A stretch of 36,414 nucleotides of DNA from an uncultured Bacilli bacterium (GCA_947627845.1 CANQXQ010000003.1:1-36414), one strand, 5' to 3'; numbered from the stretch's first letter, positions 1-7,986 are shown. Notes: generated from the letters alone by a model not told the origin. Numbers and translations are program-made.

Positions 1-11
1 TTTAAATGTAA

Positions 12-39
12 TTGACTAAATGTCTTGTTTTCTTATAAT
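12..39 (+). promoter_or_regulatory. sigma-70/SigA-type promoter
   Basis: TTGACT (12-17), 16-nt spacer, TATAAT (34-39); a GGAGG RBS follows at 63-67. Confidence 0.6.
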
Positions 40-360
40 ATAAGAGTAATTTTTGAAAAGTTGGAGGTTAATTTTTTACTCCAAAACTTAGATAAATTAA
101 AAGATTATTTAAGAGACTATGAATTAACTGACAGTAATGGCAATACTTATTTAACTGGTGAAAAAAGAATATATATTCCCTTTTTTATAACTATTAAAAA
201 TGGAGGTATAGTTGAAGCAAAAGGAATAAGTAGAATCTTAGAAGAAGGACAAACTAAATATTCTGAAATGACTGAAAACCAATATAATGATTTTTATGAA
301 ACATTTAGTAAAATATATACCTCTAGTAATACTTGTCCTATTAATGAAGAATGTAATTAA
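25..360 (+). pseudogene. probable 5'-truncated gene; C-terminal part resembles a thioredoxin-fold/accessory protein ending in a Cys pair
   Basis: The ORF's TTG start lies inside the promoter spacer, and the GGAGG RBS has no ATG/GTG/TTG after it. The protein has YIPFFITIKNG (cis-Pro-strand-like) and ends TCPINEECN. Confidence 0.4.
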
Positions 361-431
361 ATGCATATTAACAAGTACTATGCAAAATCTATTTTTGATA
401 TAATATTTTGATTGAAATATATTAATATAAG

Positions 432-476
432 AAGTTAATGCAAGTTTATTTCTTAAGCTTTTGTATTAACTTTTTT
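432..476 (+). terminator. intrinsic terminator
   Basis: AAGTTAATGCAA / TTGTATTAACTT stem (one G-U pair) followed by a T run. Confidence 0.6.
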
Positions 477-542
477 AATAATAAAAGAATTGCTAAAAAA
501 ATAATAATAACCAAAAAATGCTCTATAAAAATTAAGAAAATG

Positions 543-604
543 TGTTAAAAAAATAGCAAAATTTTAACATATTCCTTGCATATGTTAAAAAAATAGTATA
601 AAAT
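543..604 (+). promoter_or_regulatory. fic promoter with overlapping repeated operator-like boxes
   Basis: TTGCAT (576-581)-17-TAAAAT (599-604); TGTTAAAAAAATAG at 543-556 and 583-596, plus inverted TTTTAACA at 562-569. Confidence 0.6.
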
Positions 605-627
605 TATATATAAGGAGATGTCTAACA

Positions 628-1683
628 ATGAAGTTATTACCATTTAATGATTATGATTTAAAAACCCCAAAAATACTTGAAGCATTAAATGAAGCTTCCA
701 GATCACTTGCTGAATTAAAAGGCTTTGCTAATTCCATTCCCAATCAACATATTTTAATTAATGCTATTACTATTAATGAAGCCAAGGATAGTAGTGCTAT
801 AGAAAATATTGTGACTACCCATGATAGTATTTATAAAGTATTAACCGAAAGTGGATTTAAAGATGAGTCTGCTAAAGAAGTTGTTGATTATAGAAGTGCT
901 ATTTGGCGCGGGTATGAAGTAATAAAAGAAAAAGGATTTATATCAACTAATATTTTAGTGGAACTTCAAGAAATTATTGAACACAACAAAGCTGGGATAA
1001 GAAAAAATCCTGGTACGAAATTAGTTAATAGTAAAACGCCAGAGGTAATTTATACTCCCCCTCAAGCAGAAAAAGAAATTAGAGATTTATTGAAAAATCT
1101 TGAAGATTATATTAATGAAAAGAATGACGATGTAGATCCATTAATTAAAATGGCTTTAATTCATTATCAATTTGAATCTATCCATCCCTTTTACGATGGA
1201 AATGGTAGAACAGGAAGAATATTAAATGTTTTATATTTAGTATTAAATAATCTTTTGGATAGTCCAATTCTTTATTTAAGTAATTATATTAACAAAAATA
1301 AAGAACAATACTATAAATTATTTACTGAATTTAGAGAAAATAATAACTATGAAGATTGGATTATCTATATATTAAAAGGAATTGAAGAAACATCTAAAAA
1401 AACAATTCAATTAATTAAACAAATTCAAAATGAAATGGAATCTTATAAAGAAGATTTTATGACAAAATTGCCTAAAATATATTCTGATGAATTATTATAC
1501 TCTTTATTCTTTGAAGTTTATACTCGAATTAATTATATTGAAAATAGATGTGGTGTAACAAGACAAACCGCCGCTACATATTTAAATAGTTTAGTAGATG
1601 CAGGATTACTTGAAATCGAAAAAGTAGGAAGAGAAAGTATTTATAAAAATAAAAGATTAATTGATTTATTAAGTAAATTTTAA
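628..1683 (+). CDS. fic: Fic family AMPylase (class II, N-terminal inhibitory helix, C-terminal winged HTH)
   Basis: Canonical HPFYDGNGRTGR motif; SSAIEN matches the (S/T)xxxE(G/N) inhibitory motif; C-terminal GVTRQTAATYLNSLVDAGLL HTH; AAGGAG RBS. Confidence 0.92.
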   Translation: MKLLPFNDYDLKTPKILEALNEASRSLAELKGFANSIPNQHILINAITINEAKDSSAIENIVTTHDSIYKVLTESGFKDESAKEVVDYRSAIWRGYEVIKEKGFISTNILVELQEIIEHNKAGIRKNPGTKLVNSKTPEVIYTPPQAEKEIRDLLKNLEDYINEKNDDVDPLIKMALIHYQFESIHPFYDGNGRTGRILNVLYLVLNNLLDSPILYLSNYINKNKEQYYKLFTEFRENNNYEDWIIYILKGIEETSKKTIQLIKQIQNEMESYKEDFMTKLPKIYSDELLYSLFFEVYTRINYIENRCGVTRQTAATYLNSLVDAGLLEIEKVGRESIYKNKRLIDLLSKF

Positions 1684-1700
1684 ATATATCATCCCAATAA

Positions 1701-1858
1701 CTAGTAAAAAGTTCAGTGAAGTTTTAGAATAATTGAAAAATAAAAACTCTTTCTAATATAATATTTGAATGCAACCGCCAGGAAGCAATAATAATATTAG
1801 AAAGAGAACGCTTATGAAAAATATTCAAATAAAACGATATAAAAAGTTTAACACATAA
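1701..1858 (+). mobile_element. probable insertion-sequence left-end remnant with RBS-sequestering hairpin and 14-codon ORF stub
   Basis: Perfect 13-bp inverted repeat CTCTTTCTAATAT (1747-1759)/ATATTAGAAAGAG (1794-1806); TTGAAA-18-TATAAT with the -10 overlapping the left arm; ATG at 1814 stops at 1858. Confidence 0.45.
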
Positions 1859-2088
1859 CCAATGAAATTGCAAATGTCATATAATATTTGCTCCAAAATA
1901 TATCGTTGCAATTATGAAAAATACTTTATATTAATATGCATTGCTTGAAGTAATGGAACATTTATCATCCTTTGTAAAGGGAAATATTATTATATAAAAA
2001 AATAATATTAAGAATGCTATGACACAAAAAAGTTCTAGCTAAAGTAGAGTATTTCCTAACTAAAAAATAATTATAAATTTTTTCTCAA

Positions 2089-2117
2089 TTTACATCTTTA
2101 TACCTCCATGATATACT
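2089..2117 (+). promoter_or_regulatory. bsh promoter
   Basis: TTTACA (2089-2094)-17-TATACT (2112-2117) with extended TG. Confidence 0.55.
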
Positions 2118-2146
2118 ATTATTATAAAATGAAAGGAAAATATAAT

Positions 2147-3121
2147 ATGTGTACTGCAATAACTTATAATACTAAAGATCATTACTTTGGAAGGAATTTA
2201 GATTTGGAGTATTCTTATAAAGAAACCGTGACCATAACTCCTCGAAATTATTCTTTTAAATTTCGGAAAGCCAAAGAAATAAAAAATCATTATGCTCTTA
2301 TCGGCATGGCTTATGTTGCTGATAATTACCCTTTATATTATGATGCTATTAATGAAAAAGGTTTAGGGATGGCTGGTTTAAACTTTCCCAAGAATGCTGC
2401 ATATAAAGAATTAGAAAAGAGTAAAGATAATATTGCTCCCTTTGAATTTATTCCTTGGGTTTTATCGCAATGTGCTAATCTTGAAGAAGCCAAAGAATTA
2501 TTAACTACGATTAATATTGCTCAAATTAATTTTAGCGAAGAATTACCGGCATCACCCCTCCATTGGATTATTGCTGATCAAGAAAAATCCCTTACGGTTG
2601 AATGTGTAAAAGAGGGTTTAAAAATATATGATAACCCCGTCGGAGTTTTAACTAATAATCCTCCTTTTGACATGCAAATGTTTAATTTAAATAATTATAT
2701 GAACTTATCAATTGAACCCCCTATAAATAACTTTTCAAAAAATTTAGAATTTGATACTTATAGTCGTGGCTTGGGCGCTTTAGGTTTACCTGGTGATTTG
2801 TCTTCAGCCTCACGCTTTGTTAAAGCAAGCTTTACCAAAATGAATTCTTTATCAGGTTCTTCCGAGAAAGAAAGTATTAGCCAATTTTTCCATATTTTAA
2901 AATCCGTGGAACAACAAAGAGGTTGTGTTCATATGGGCGGTGATAAATACGAAATAACTATTTATAGTTCATGTTGTAATATGGACAAAGGAATATATTA
3001 TTATACAACTTATGATAATAGTCAAATTACAGGTATAGATATGCATAAAGAAAACTTAGATGGTGCTAATTTAATTAATTATGATTTAATTAAAGATGAA
3101 CAAATATTAATGCAAAATTAA
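2147..3121 (+). CDS. bsh: bile salt hydrolase / choloylglycine hydrolase (Ntn hydrolase)
   Basis: Start re-assigned to ATG 2147 (GAAAGGA RBS), giving M-C2-TAITY...GRNLD (Cys2, Arg16, Asp19); also GMAGLNF, LTNNP and SRF motifs. Confidence 0.9.
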   Translation: MCTAITYNTKDHYFGRNLDLEYSYKETVTITPRNYSFKFRKAKEIKNHYALIGMAYVADNYPLYYDAINEKGLGMAGLNFPKNAAYKELEKSKDNIAPFEFIPWVLSQCANLEEAKELLTTINIAQINFSEELPASPLHWIIADQEKSLTVECVKEGLKIYDNPVGVLTNNPPFDMQMFNLNNYMNLSIEPPINNFSKNLEFDTYSRGLGALGLPGDLSSASRFVKASFTKMNSLSGSSEKESISQFFHILKSVEQQRGCVHMGGDKYEITIYSSCCNMDKGIYYYTTYDNSQITGIDMHKENLDGANLINYDLIKDEQILMQN

Positions 3122-3133
3122 GAAATTTAAACC

Positions 3134-3171
3134 AAAAGCAAATTTTAAAAATATTTAAGATTTGCTTTTTT
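3134..3171 (+). terminator. intrinsic terminator after bsh
   Basis: AAAAGCAAATTTTAAA / TTTAAGATTTGCTTTT stem plus T tract. Confidence 0.75.
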
Positions 3172-3173
3172 CA

Positions 3174-3238
3174 TGCTATAATCATAAATAGCAACCAAAT
3201 TTATCATTAAAACAACCCAAAAGTGATAGTTTGCAACC
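3174..3238 (+). promoter_or_regulatory. extended -10 promoter followed by three phased CAACC boxes
   Basis: TGcTATAAT at 3174-3182; CAACC at 3192, 3213 and 3234 (21-bp period). Confidence 0.5.
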
Positions 3239-3277
3239 GGTAGAAATAATAAAATAAGAAAAAGAAAGGAGAAAAAA

Positions 3278-4789
3278 ATGAATAGTGTATTTGCCGAAAA
3301 TTTAAAAAAAATTCGAAAAGATCATAATTTATCTCAAGAACAGTTAGCGGAAGAATTAGGAGTATCAAGACAAGCCATCTCGAAATGGGAGTCTGCTCTT
3401 GCTTACCCCGAAATGGACAAAATAATTGCTTTATGTGATAAATTTAATTTAAATATTGATGATTTACTTCATAAAGATATTAAGGAAGTTAAAGGGGAAG
3501 AAGAAACTAAAAATAATTTAAATAAATATATTGATGATTTCTTAAAGTTTATTACTGATACTCTAAATTTCTTTTGCAATATGAATTTTAAAAGTAAAAT
3601 AAAATGTCTTTTTGAACAAGTTTTAATAATTAGTTTTTTAGTTATTTTATCAGTTCTTTTTTACTTTTTTGCTAATCATATTTTAATGGGTATAATTTCT
3701 TTTTTACCCCTTAAAATTAATCATATTTTAAAATCAATTTTTGATGGTATAATCTTCTTTATATTAGGTTTAATATCATTAATCATATTTATTCATATTT
3801 TTAAAACTAGATACTTAAATTATTATTTAAATATTAAAATTTCTAATGAAATACCTCAAGATAAATCTAATGAAATACCCCAAGACAACCTTAAAGAAAA
3901 AACACCCAAAATTGCTTTAAAAAACGAAACTAGTAAAATAATTATTAGAGACCCCGAGACTAGTGAATATAGTTTTATTAAAGGCTTATTTAAATTTATT
4001 ATTGGTATAATTAAGTTTTTTGCTTTATTTTTATTATTGTTTTTAAGTTTCAGTTTAATTGGTTTATTTTGTAGTTTAATTTTAAGCTTTTTAATCTGGA
4101 AAACTGGTTTATTTTTCGTTGGTTTACTTACTTTAATTATCTCTATATCTAGTCTAAATATCATTTTAATTTTAATTATCTTAAACTTTATCTTTAATCG
4201 TAAAACTGAAAAGAAAAAAATGATTTGGTCTTTTCTTATTTCATTAATATTTTTAGGAATAAGTATTGGTTTAATTTTAATAGGTTCTCTAAACTTTAAT
4301 ATTGTTAAAAGTAATAATATTAAGACTAATACTCTTGAATATAATATGCAAGATGATTTATTTTTCACTTCCTATACTAATATTGAATATTTTGAAACAG
4401 ATATTGATAATCTAAAAATTGAATATCAAGTTTATAACTTATGTGATTTAAAACTTGAAGATGATATATATAATGGTATTCATTTAACAACTATCTGCTC
4501 TAATTATATTCCAATTATAAAAGATATTATTAATAATTTAAATCATAAACAATTATTAGACTTAAACTATGATTTCCAAAGTCTTAAAATATATGCTTCC
4601 CATGAAAATATTTTAAAGTTAAAAGAGAACTTTAATAATCATTATCAAAAATTAAATGCTTATGATGACGAAATAAATAATTATGAAAACATTATTAGTG
4701 AATATGAAGATAAAATAACTTCTTATGAAACCAAAATTCAAGAATTAGAAATCCAACTATTAGAATATAATCAAAAAAATTGTGAATAA
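3278..4789 (+). CDS. membrane-anchored XRE-family HTH regulator with several TM helices and a C-terminal coiled coil
   Basis: N-terminal LKKIRKDHNLSQEQLAEELGVSRQAISKWES...PEMDK; about 5-6 hydrophobic segments; heptad-like acidic C-terminus; GAAAGGAG RBS. Confidence 0.85.
   Translation: MNSVFAENLKKIRKDHNLSQEQLAEELGVSRQAISKWESALAYPEMDKIIALCDKFNLNIDDLLHKDIKEVKGEEETKNNLNKYIDDFLKFITDTLNFFCNMNFKSKIKCLFEQVLIISFLVILSVLFYFFANHILMGIISFLPLKINHILKSIFDGIIFFILGLISLIIFIHIFKTRYLNYYLNIKISNEIPQDKSNEIPQDNLKEKTPKIALKNETSKIIIRDPETSEYSFIKGLFKFIIGIIKFFALFLLLFLSFSLIGLFCSLILSFLIWKTGLFFVGLLTLIISISSLNIILILIILNFIFNRKTEKKKMIWSFLISLIFLGISIGLILIGSLNFNIVKSNNIKTNTLEYNMQDDLFFTSYTNIEYFETDIDNLKIEYQVYNLCDLKLEDDIYNGIHLTTICSNYIPIIKDIINNLNHKQLLDLNYDFQSLKIYASHENILKLKENFNNHYQKLNAYDDEINNYENIISEYEDKITSYETKIQELEIQLLEYNQKNCE
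3842..3889 (+). repeat. 24-bp in-frame tandem duplication (SNEIPQDK/SNEIPQDN)
   Basis: tctaatgaaatacctcaagataaa followed by tctaatgaaataccccaagacaac. Confidence 0.85.
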
Positions 4790-4804
4790 ATTATCAAAAA
4801 ACAT

Positions 4805-4833
4805 TTGCGAAAAATTTCTAAAAATAGTATAAT
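4805..4833 (+). promoter_or_regulatory. SigA-type promoter upstream of MATE leader
   Basis: TTGCGA (4805-4810)-17-TATAAT (4828-4833). Confidence 0.7.
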
Positions 4834-4854
4834 TTATAAGTCTGATCCAGCATA

Positions 4855-4892
4855 ATGCGTAAAAACAAGACAAGTTTTACGCATCTTTTTTT
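4855..4892 (+). terminator. terminator hairpin in the MATE 5' leader (candidate attenuator)
   Basis: Perfect 10-bp stem ATGCGTAAAA/TTTTACGCAT followed by C and T7, lying downstream of the promoter and upstream of the RBS. Confidence 0.7.
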
Positions 4893-4942
4893 GCCTTAAA
4901 AAGGCTAATTGGATTGATTTTCCATTAAAAGGAGGAAGAAAT

Positions 4943-6913
4943 ATGGAAAAAAATAATAAATTTTTAGGGGAAGAAAAAATAACTAAATTGCTATTTAAAT
5001 TTTCTATTCCCTGTATTTTATCTCTACTAATTAGTTCTTTATATAATATAGTAGATCAAATCTTTATCGGCCATAGTTCTTTAGGCTATTTAGGAAATGC
5101 CGCGACTGGTGTTGTTTACCCCATCACAATTATTGCCGTTGCTTTTGCTTGGTGTTTTGGTGATGGTGCCGCCGCTTATTTATCTTTATGTCAAGGAAGA
5201 GGAGATACTAAAAATGCGCATCAAGCTATAGGTAATAGTTTAATAATAACATTCGTTACCAGTATTTTATTTCTTATTTTAGGCTTCATTTTTAAAGATA
5301 AATTATTATATCTTTTTGGAGCCAGTTCTAAAAGTATTAAGCTTGCTCGCGATTATTATACTATTATATTAAGTGGCATACCAATATATATGTTAGGTAA
5401 TAGTATGAATGGTATTATGCGTGCAGATGGTTCTCCTAAATTTTCTATGCTTGCTACGACGATTGGAGCTATTACCAATATTATTTTAGATCCTATCTTT
5501 ATCTTTGGCTTTAATTGGGGAATTAAAGGAGCCGCGTACGCTACCGTAATTGGACAAATAGCTACTTTAATTATTTCTGTTATTTACTATTTAAAACCCC
5601 AAACTTTTAAATTAATAAAAGCTAGTTTCAAAATTAATTTTTCAATTTTTAAAAATGTTATCAAATTAGGTATTTCTACTTTTATTACTCAAATTAGTAT
5701 AGTCATTATTTCTTTAGTCTGTAATATTATGTTAGCTAAATATGGCGCTCAAAGTAAATATGGGGCTGATATTCCTATTGCTGTTATTGGTATAGCTATG
5801 AAAGTATTTTCTATTGTCATTAATATTATTGTTGGTATTATTTTAGGGGCTCAACCTATCTTTGGTTATAACTATGGAGCTAGAAATATCGCCCGGGTAA
5901 AAGAAACATTTAAAAAAGTAGTTATTGCTTCTTTAATTGTTGGGGTATTTTTTACTGCAATTTTTGAACTATGTCCTCGTTTAATTATTAGTATCTTTGG
6001 TACTAATGATAGTTTATATTTGGAATTTGCCGTATTAACCTTTAGATTATTTTTAATGCTTGTAACCTTTACTTGTTTAATCAAAATGAGTTCTATTTTC
6101 TTTCAAGCTGTAGGTAATCCTGTAAAATCCGCAATTGCTTCTCTTGCTCGTGATATTCTATTCTTTGTGCCATTAGTTCTAATCTTACCTAAATATATAG
6201 GTATCAAAGGGGTTTTATTAGCATCACCCATTGCTGATTTTTTAGGTATTATTGTTACAATTATTTTAATTTATAATTTCTTTGCTAAATTAACTGTTAA
6301 AACTATAGCTCAAGATAATGTCTATTTAAAAAATTCTCATCCCGGAGTTATTGTTACAATTGCTCGTGAGCATGGTTCTCAAGGTAAAGCTATTGGCGAA
6401 CTTGTTGCCCAAAAATTAAACATTCCTTACTATTATAAAGAAATGACTGCCCTAGCTGCTAAAGAAAGTGGCCTAGATAAAGAATTTATTTCTAATCTTA
6501 ATCATAGTCAAGATATAATGCATGATTTATATTTAACAACATCTCCTGTAAAATATGCAATAGAAGCCCAAGAAAAAGTTCTAAAAAAGATTGCCGAAAA
6601 AGGTTCATGTGTTATTGTTGGGCGTGCTGCCGATTATGTTTTAAGAGATAATCCTAATGTTATAAAAATCTTTATATATGCTCCTAAAGAATATCGAATT
6701 AAAAATATTATGGAAATGTATCATGATACTAAAGAAAAAGCCCAAAAAAATATTGAAATATCTGATAAAAATAGAGCAACCTATTATGAATTAATTTCTA
6801 CTCAAAAATGGGCAAATCCTGAAAATTATGATTTATGTATCACCTCAAAATTAGGCAAAGAAAAAACTGCCGAAATAATATGTGATTATCTTAAAAAAAT
6901 AAACCCAATGTGA
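4943..6913 (+). CDS. MATE efflux transporter (MepA-like) fused to a C-terminal cytidylate-kinase-like domain
   Basis: LYNIVDQIFIG, NIILDPIFIF and QPIFGYNYGA MATE motifs; C-terminal VTIAREHGSQG, CVIVGRAADY and YDLCITS motifs of the cytidylate-kinase-like family. Confidence 0.9.
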   Translation: MEKNNKFLGEEKITKLLFKFSIPCILSLLISSLYNIVDQIFIGHSSLGYLGNAATGVVYPITIIAVAFAWCFGDGAAAYLSLCQGRGDTKNAHQAIGNSLIITFVTSILFLILGFIFKDKLLYLFGASSKSIKLARDYYTIILSGIPIYMLGNSMNGIMRADGSPKFSMLATTIGAITNIILDPIFIFGFNWGIKGAAYATVIGQIATLIISVIYYLKPQTFKLIKASFKINFSIFKNVIKLGISTFITQISIVIISLVCNIMLAKYGAQSKYGADIPIAVIGIAMKVFSIVINIIVGIILGAQPIFGYNYGARNIARVKETFKKVVIASLIVGVFFTAIFELCPRLIISIFGTNDSLYLEFAVLTFRLFLMLVTFTCLIKMSSIFFQAVGNPVKSAIASLARDILFFVPLVLILPKYIGIKGVLLASPIADFLGIIVTIILIYNFFAKLTVKTIAQDNVYLKNSHPGVIVTIAREHGSQGKAIGELVAQKLNIPYYYKEMTALAAKESGLDKEFISNLNHSQDIMHDLYLTTSPVKYAIEAQEKVLKKIAEKGSCVIVGRAADYVLRDNPNVIKIFIYAPKEYRIKNIMEMYHDTKEKAQKNIEISDKNRATYYELISTQKWANPENYDLCITSKLGKEKTAEIICDYLKKINPM

Positions 6914-6942
6914 TATAATTATAATGAAAGGAAAATTAAATT

Positions 6943-7509
6943 ATGAAAAAAAATATTACTACCACTGAAGCAATATTTCCCATGCCTGTATTAATGATTG
7001 CCACTTATAATGATGATGACACCGTTAATGTCATGAATGCAGCTTGGGGAACAATGCTTGAAAGAAATCAAATATTATTAAATTTAAGTGAAACTCATAA
7101 AACAGTTCAAAATATTAAAAAAAGGAAAGCTTTTACTGTAAGCCTTGCTGATAGTAAACATGTAAAAGAAGCTGATTATTTTGGTCTAGTCTCTGGCCAT
7201 AATACTCCCAATAAATTTGTAAGTAGTGGTCTTACTGCGACTAAATCTCTTAATGTTGATGCCCCAGTTATAAATGAATTTCCTATTTGTCTAGAATGTA
7301 CTTATCTAACAAGTGGCAATGATGAATATAATTATGGTGTTATTGGGAAAGTAGTTAATACTCTTGCAGATGAAAGTATTATGACTAATGATAATATTGA
7401 TTTAGCTAAAGCTAATATTATTGCTTTTGATCCTTTTACTCATGGTTATTACGAAGTTAATAAAAGAGTAGGAAATGCCTTTAAAGATGGCTTGGAATTA
7501 AAAAAATAA
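6943..7509 (+). CDS. flavin reductase-like (flavoredoxin-type) FMN-binding protein
   Basis: FPMPVLMIATY, NVMNAAWG, EADYFGLVSG and APVINEFPICLEC motifs. Confidence 0.85.
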   Translation: MKKNITTTEAIFPMPVLMIATYNDDDTVNVMNAAWGTMLERNQILLNLSETHKTVQNIKKRKAFTVSLADSKHVKEADYFGLVSGHNTPNKFVSSGLTATKSLNVDAPVINEFPICLECTYLTSGNDEYNYGVIGKVVNTLADESIMTNDNIDLAKANIIAFDPFTHGYYEVNKRVGNAFKDGLELKK

Positions 7510-7854
7510 ATGACTCGTGAAGAAATATTTACCTATGTTTTAACTAAATATCAAACTATTCCTCAATATAAATGGCCTAAATACCCACTATATGCAGTTT
7601 TAGAACATACTAATAAAAAATGGTATGGGCTAATTATGAATATTGAGAAAAATAAATTAGGCTTAAATGGGGAAGCCCAAATTGATATTTTAAATGTTAA
7701 AGTTCCCCCAGAATTAGTAGGTAGTTTAAGAATGAATAAAGGATTTTTAAAAGCCTATCACATGAATAAAGAACATTGGGTAACAATCATTTTAAATGAA
7801 GTTGATCAAAATAAAATTAAAGAATTAATTGATTTAAGTTATGATTTAACTTAA
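7510..7854 (+). CDS. MmcQ/YjbR family DNA-binding protein
   Basis: KKWYGLIM, ILNVK, AYHMNKEHWVTI and LIDLSYDLT motifs. Confidence 0.9.
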   Translation: MTREEIFTYVLTKYQTIPQYKWPKYPLYAVLEHTNKKWYGLIMNIEKNKLGLNGEAQIDILNVKVPPELVGSLRMNKGFLKAYHMNKEHWVTIILNEVDQNKIKELIDLSYDLT

Positions 7855-7863
7855 GTCTTAAAT

Positions 7864-7892
7864 AAGCAAATATTTAAAAAATTTGCTTTTTT
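7864..7892 (+). terminator. intrinsic terminator
   Basis: AAGCAAAT/ATTTGCTT stem plus T tract. Confidence 0.7.
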
Positions 7893-7986
7893 ATTTTTTA
7901 AAACCTAAATTTTTATTTTTTAAATCTAAACTAATTTCTTATTTTTAATTAAAGTGTTATACTTAAAGAAGATTAGGAGAATACTT

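Noticed and set aside
1770-1777. TGCAACCG shared with 3232-3239
   Set aside because: A single 8-mer match in unrelated contexts; insufficient evidence of shared regulation
1862-1948. Short Cys-containing ORF (MKLQMSYNICSK...) in the fic-bsh gap
   Set aside because: No RBS and no recognisable motif; expected by chance in AT-rich DNA
2108-2146. ORF-track N-terminal extension of bsh
   Set aside because: It overlaps the promoter and RBS, and Ntn hydrolases need Cys at position 2, so ATG 2147 is preferred
3856-4368. 170-aa minus-strand ORF
   Set aside because: Antisense shadow of the hydrophobic part of the XRE membrane gene; Lys/Ile-rich with no motif
4840-4920. Match of the MATE leader to the guanidine-IV riboswitch or a PyrR site
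   Set aside because: It lacks the paired CCGG-type loops of guanidine-IV and the AGUCCAGAGAGGCU-type PyrR loop; kept only as an unassigned candidate
5872-6084. 70-aa minus-strand ORF
   Set aside because: Lies wholly antisense within the MATE gene
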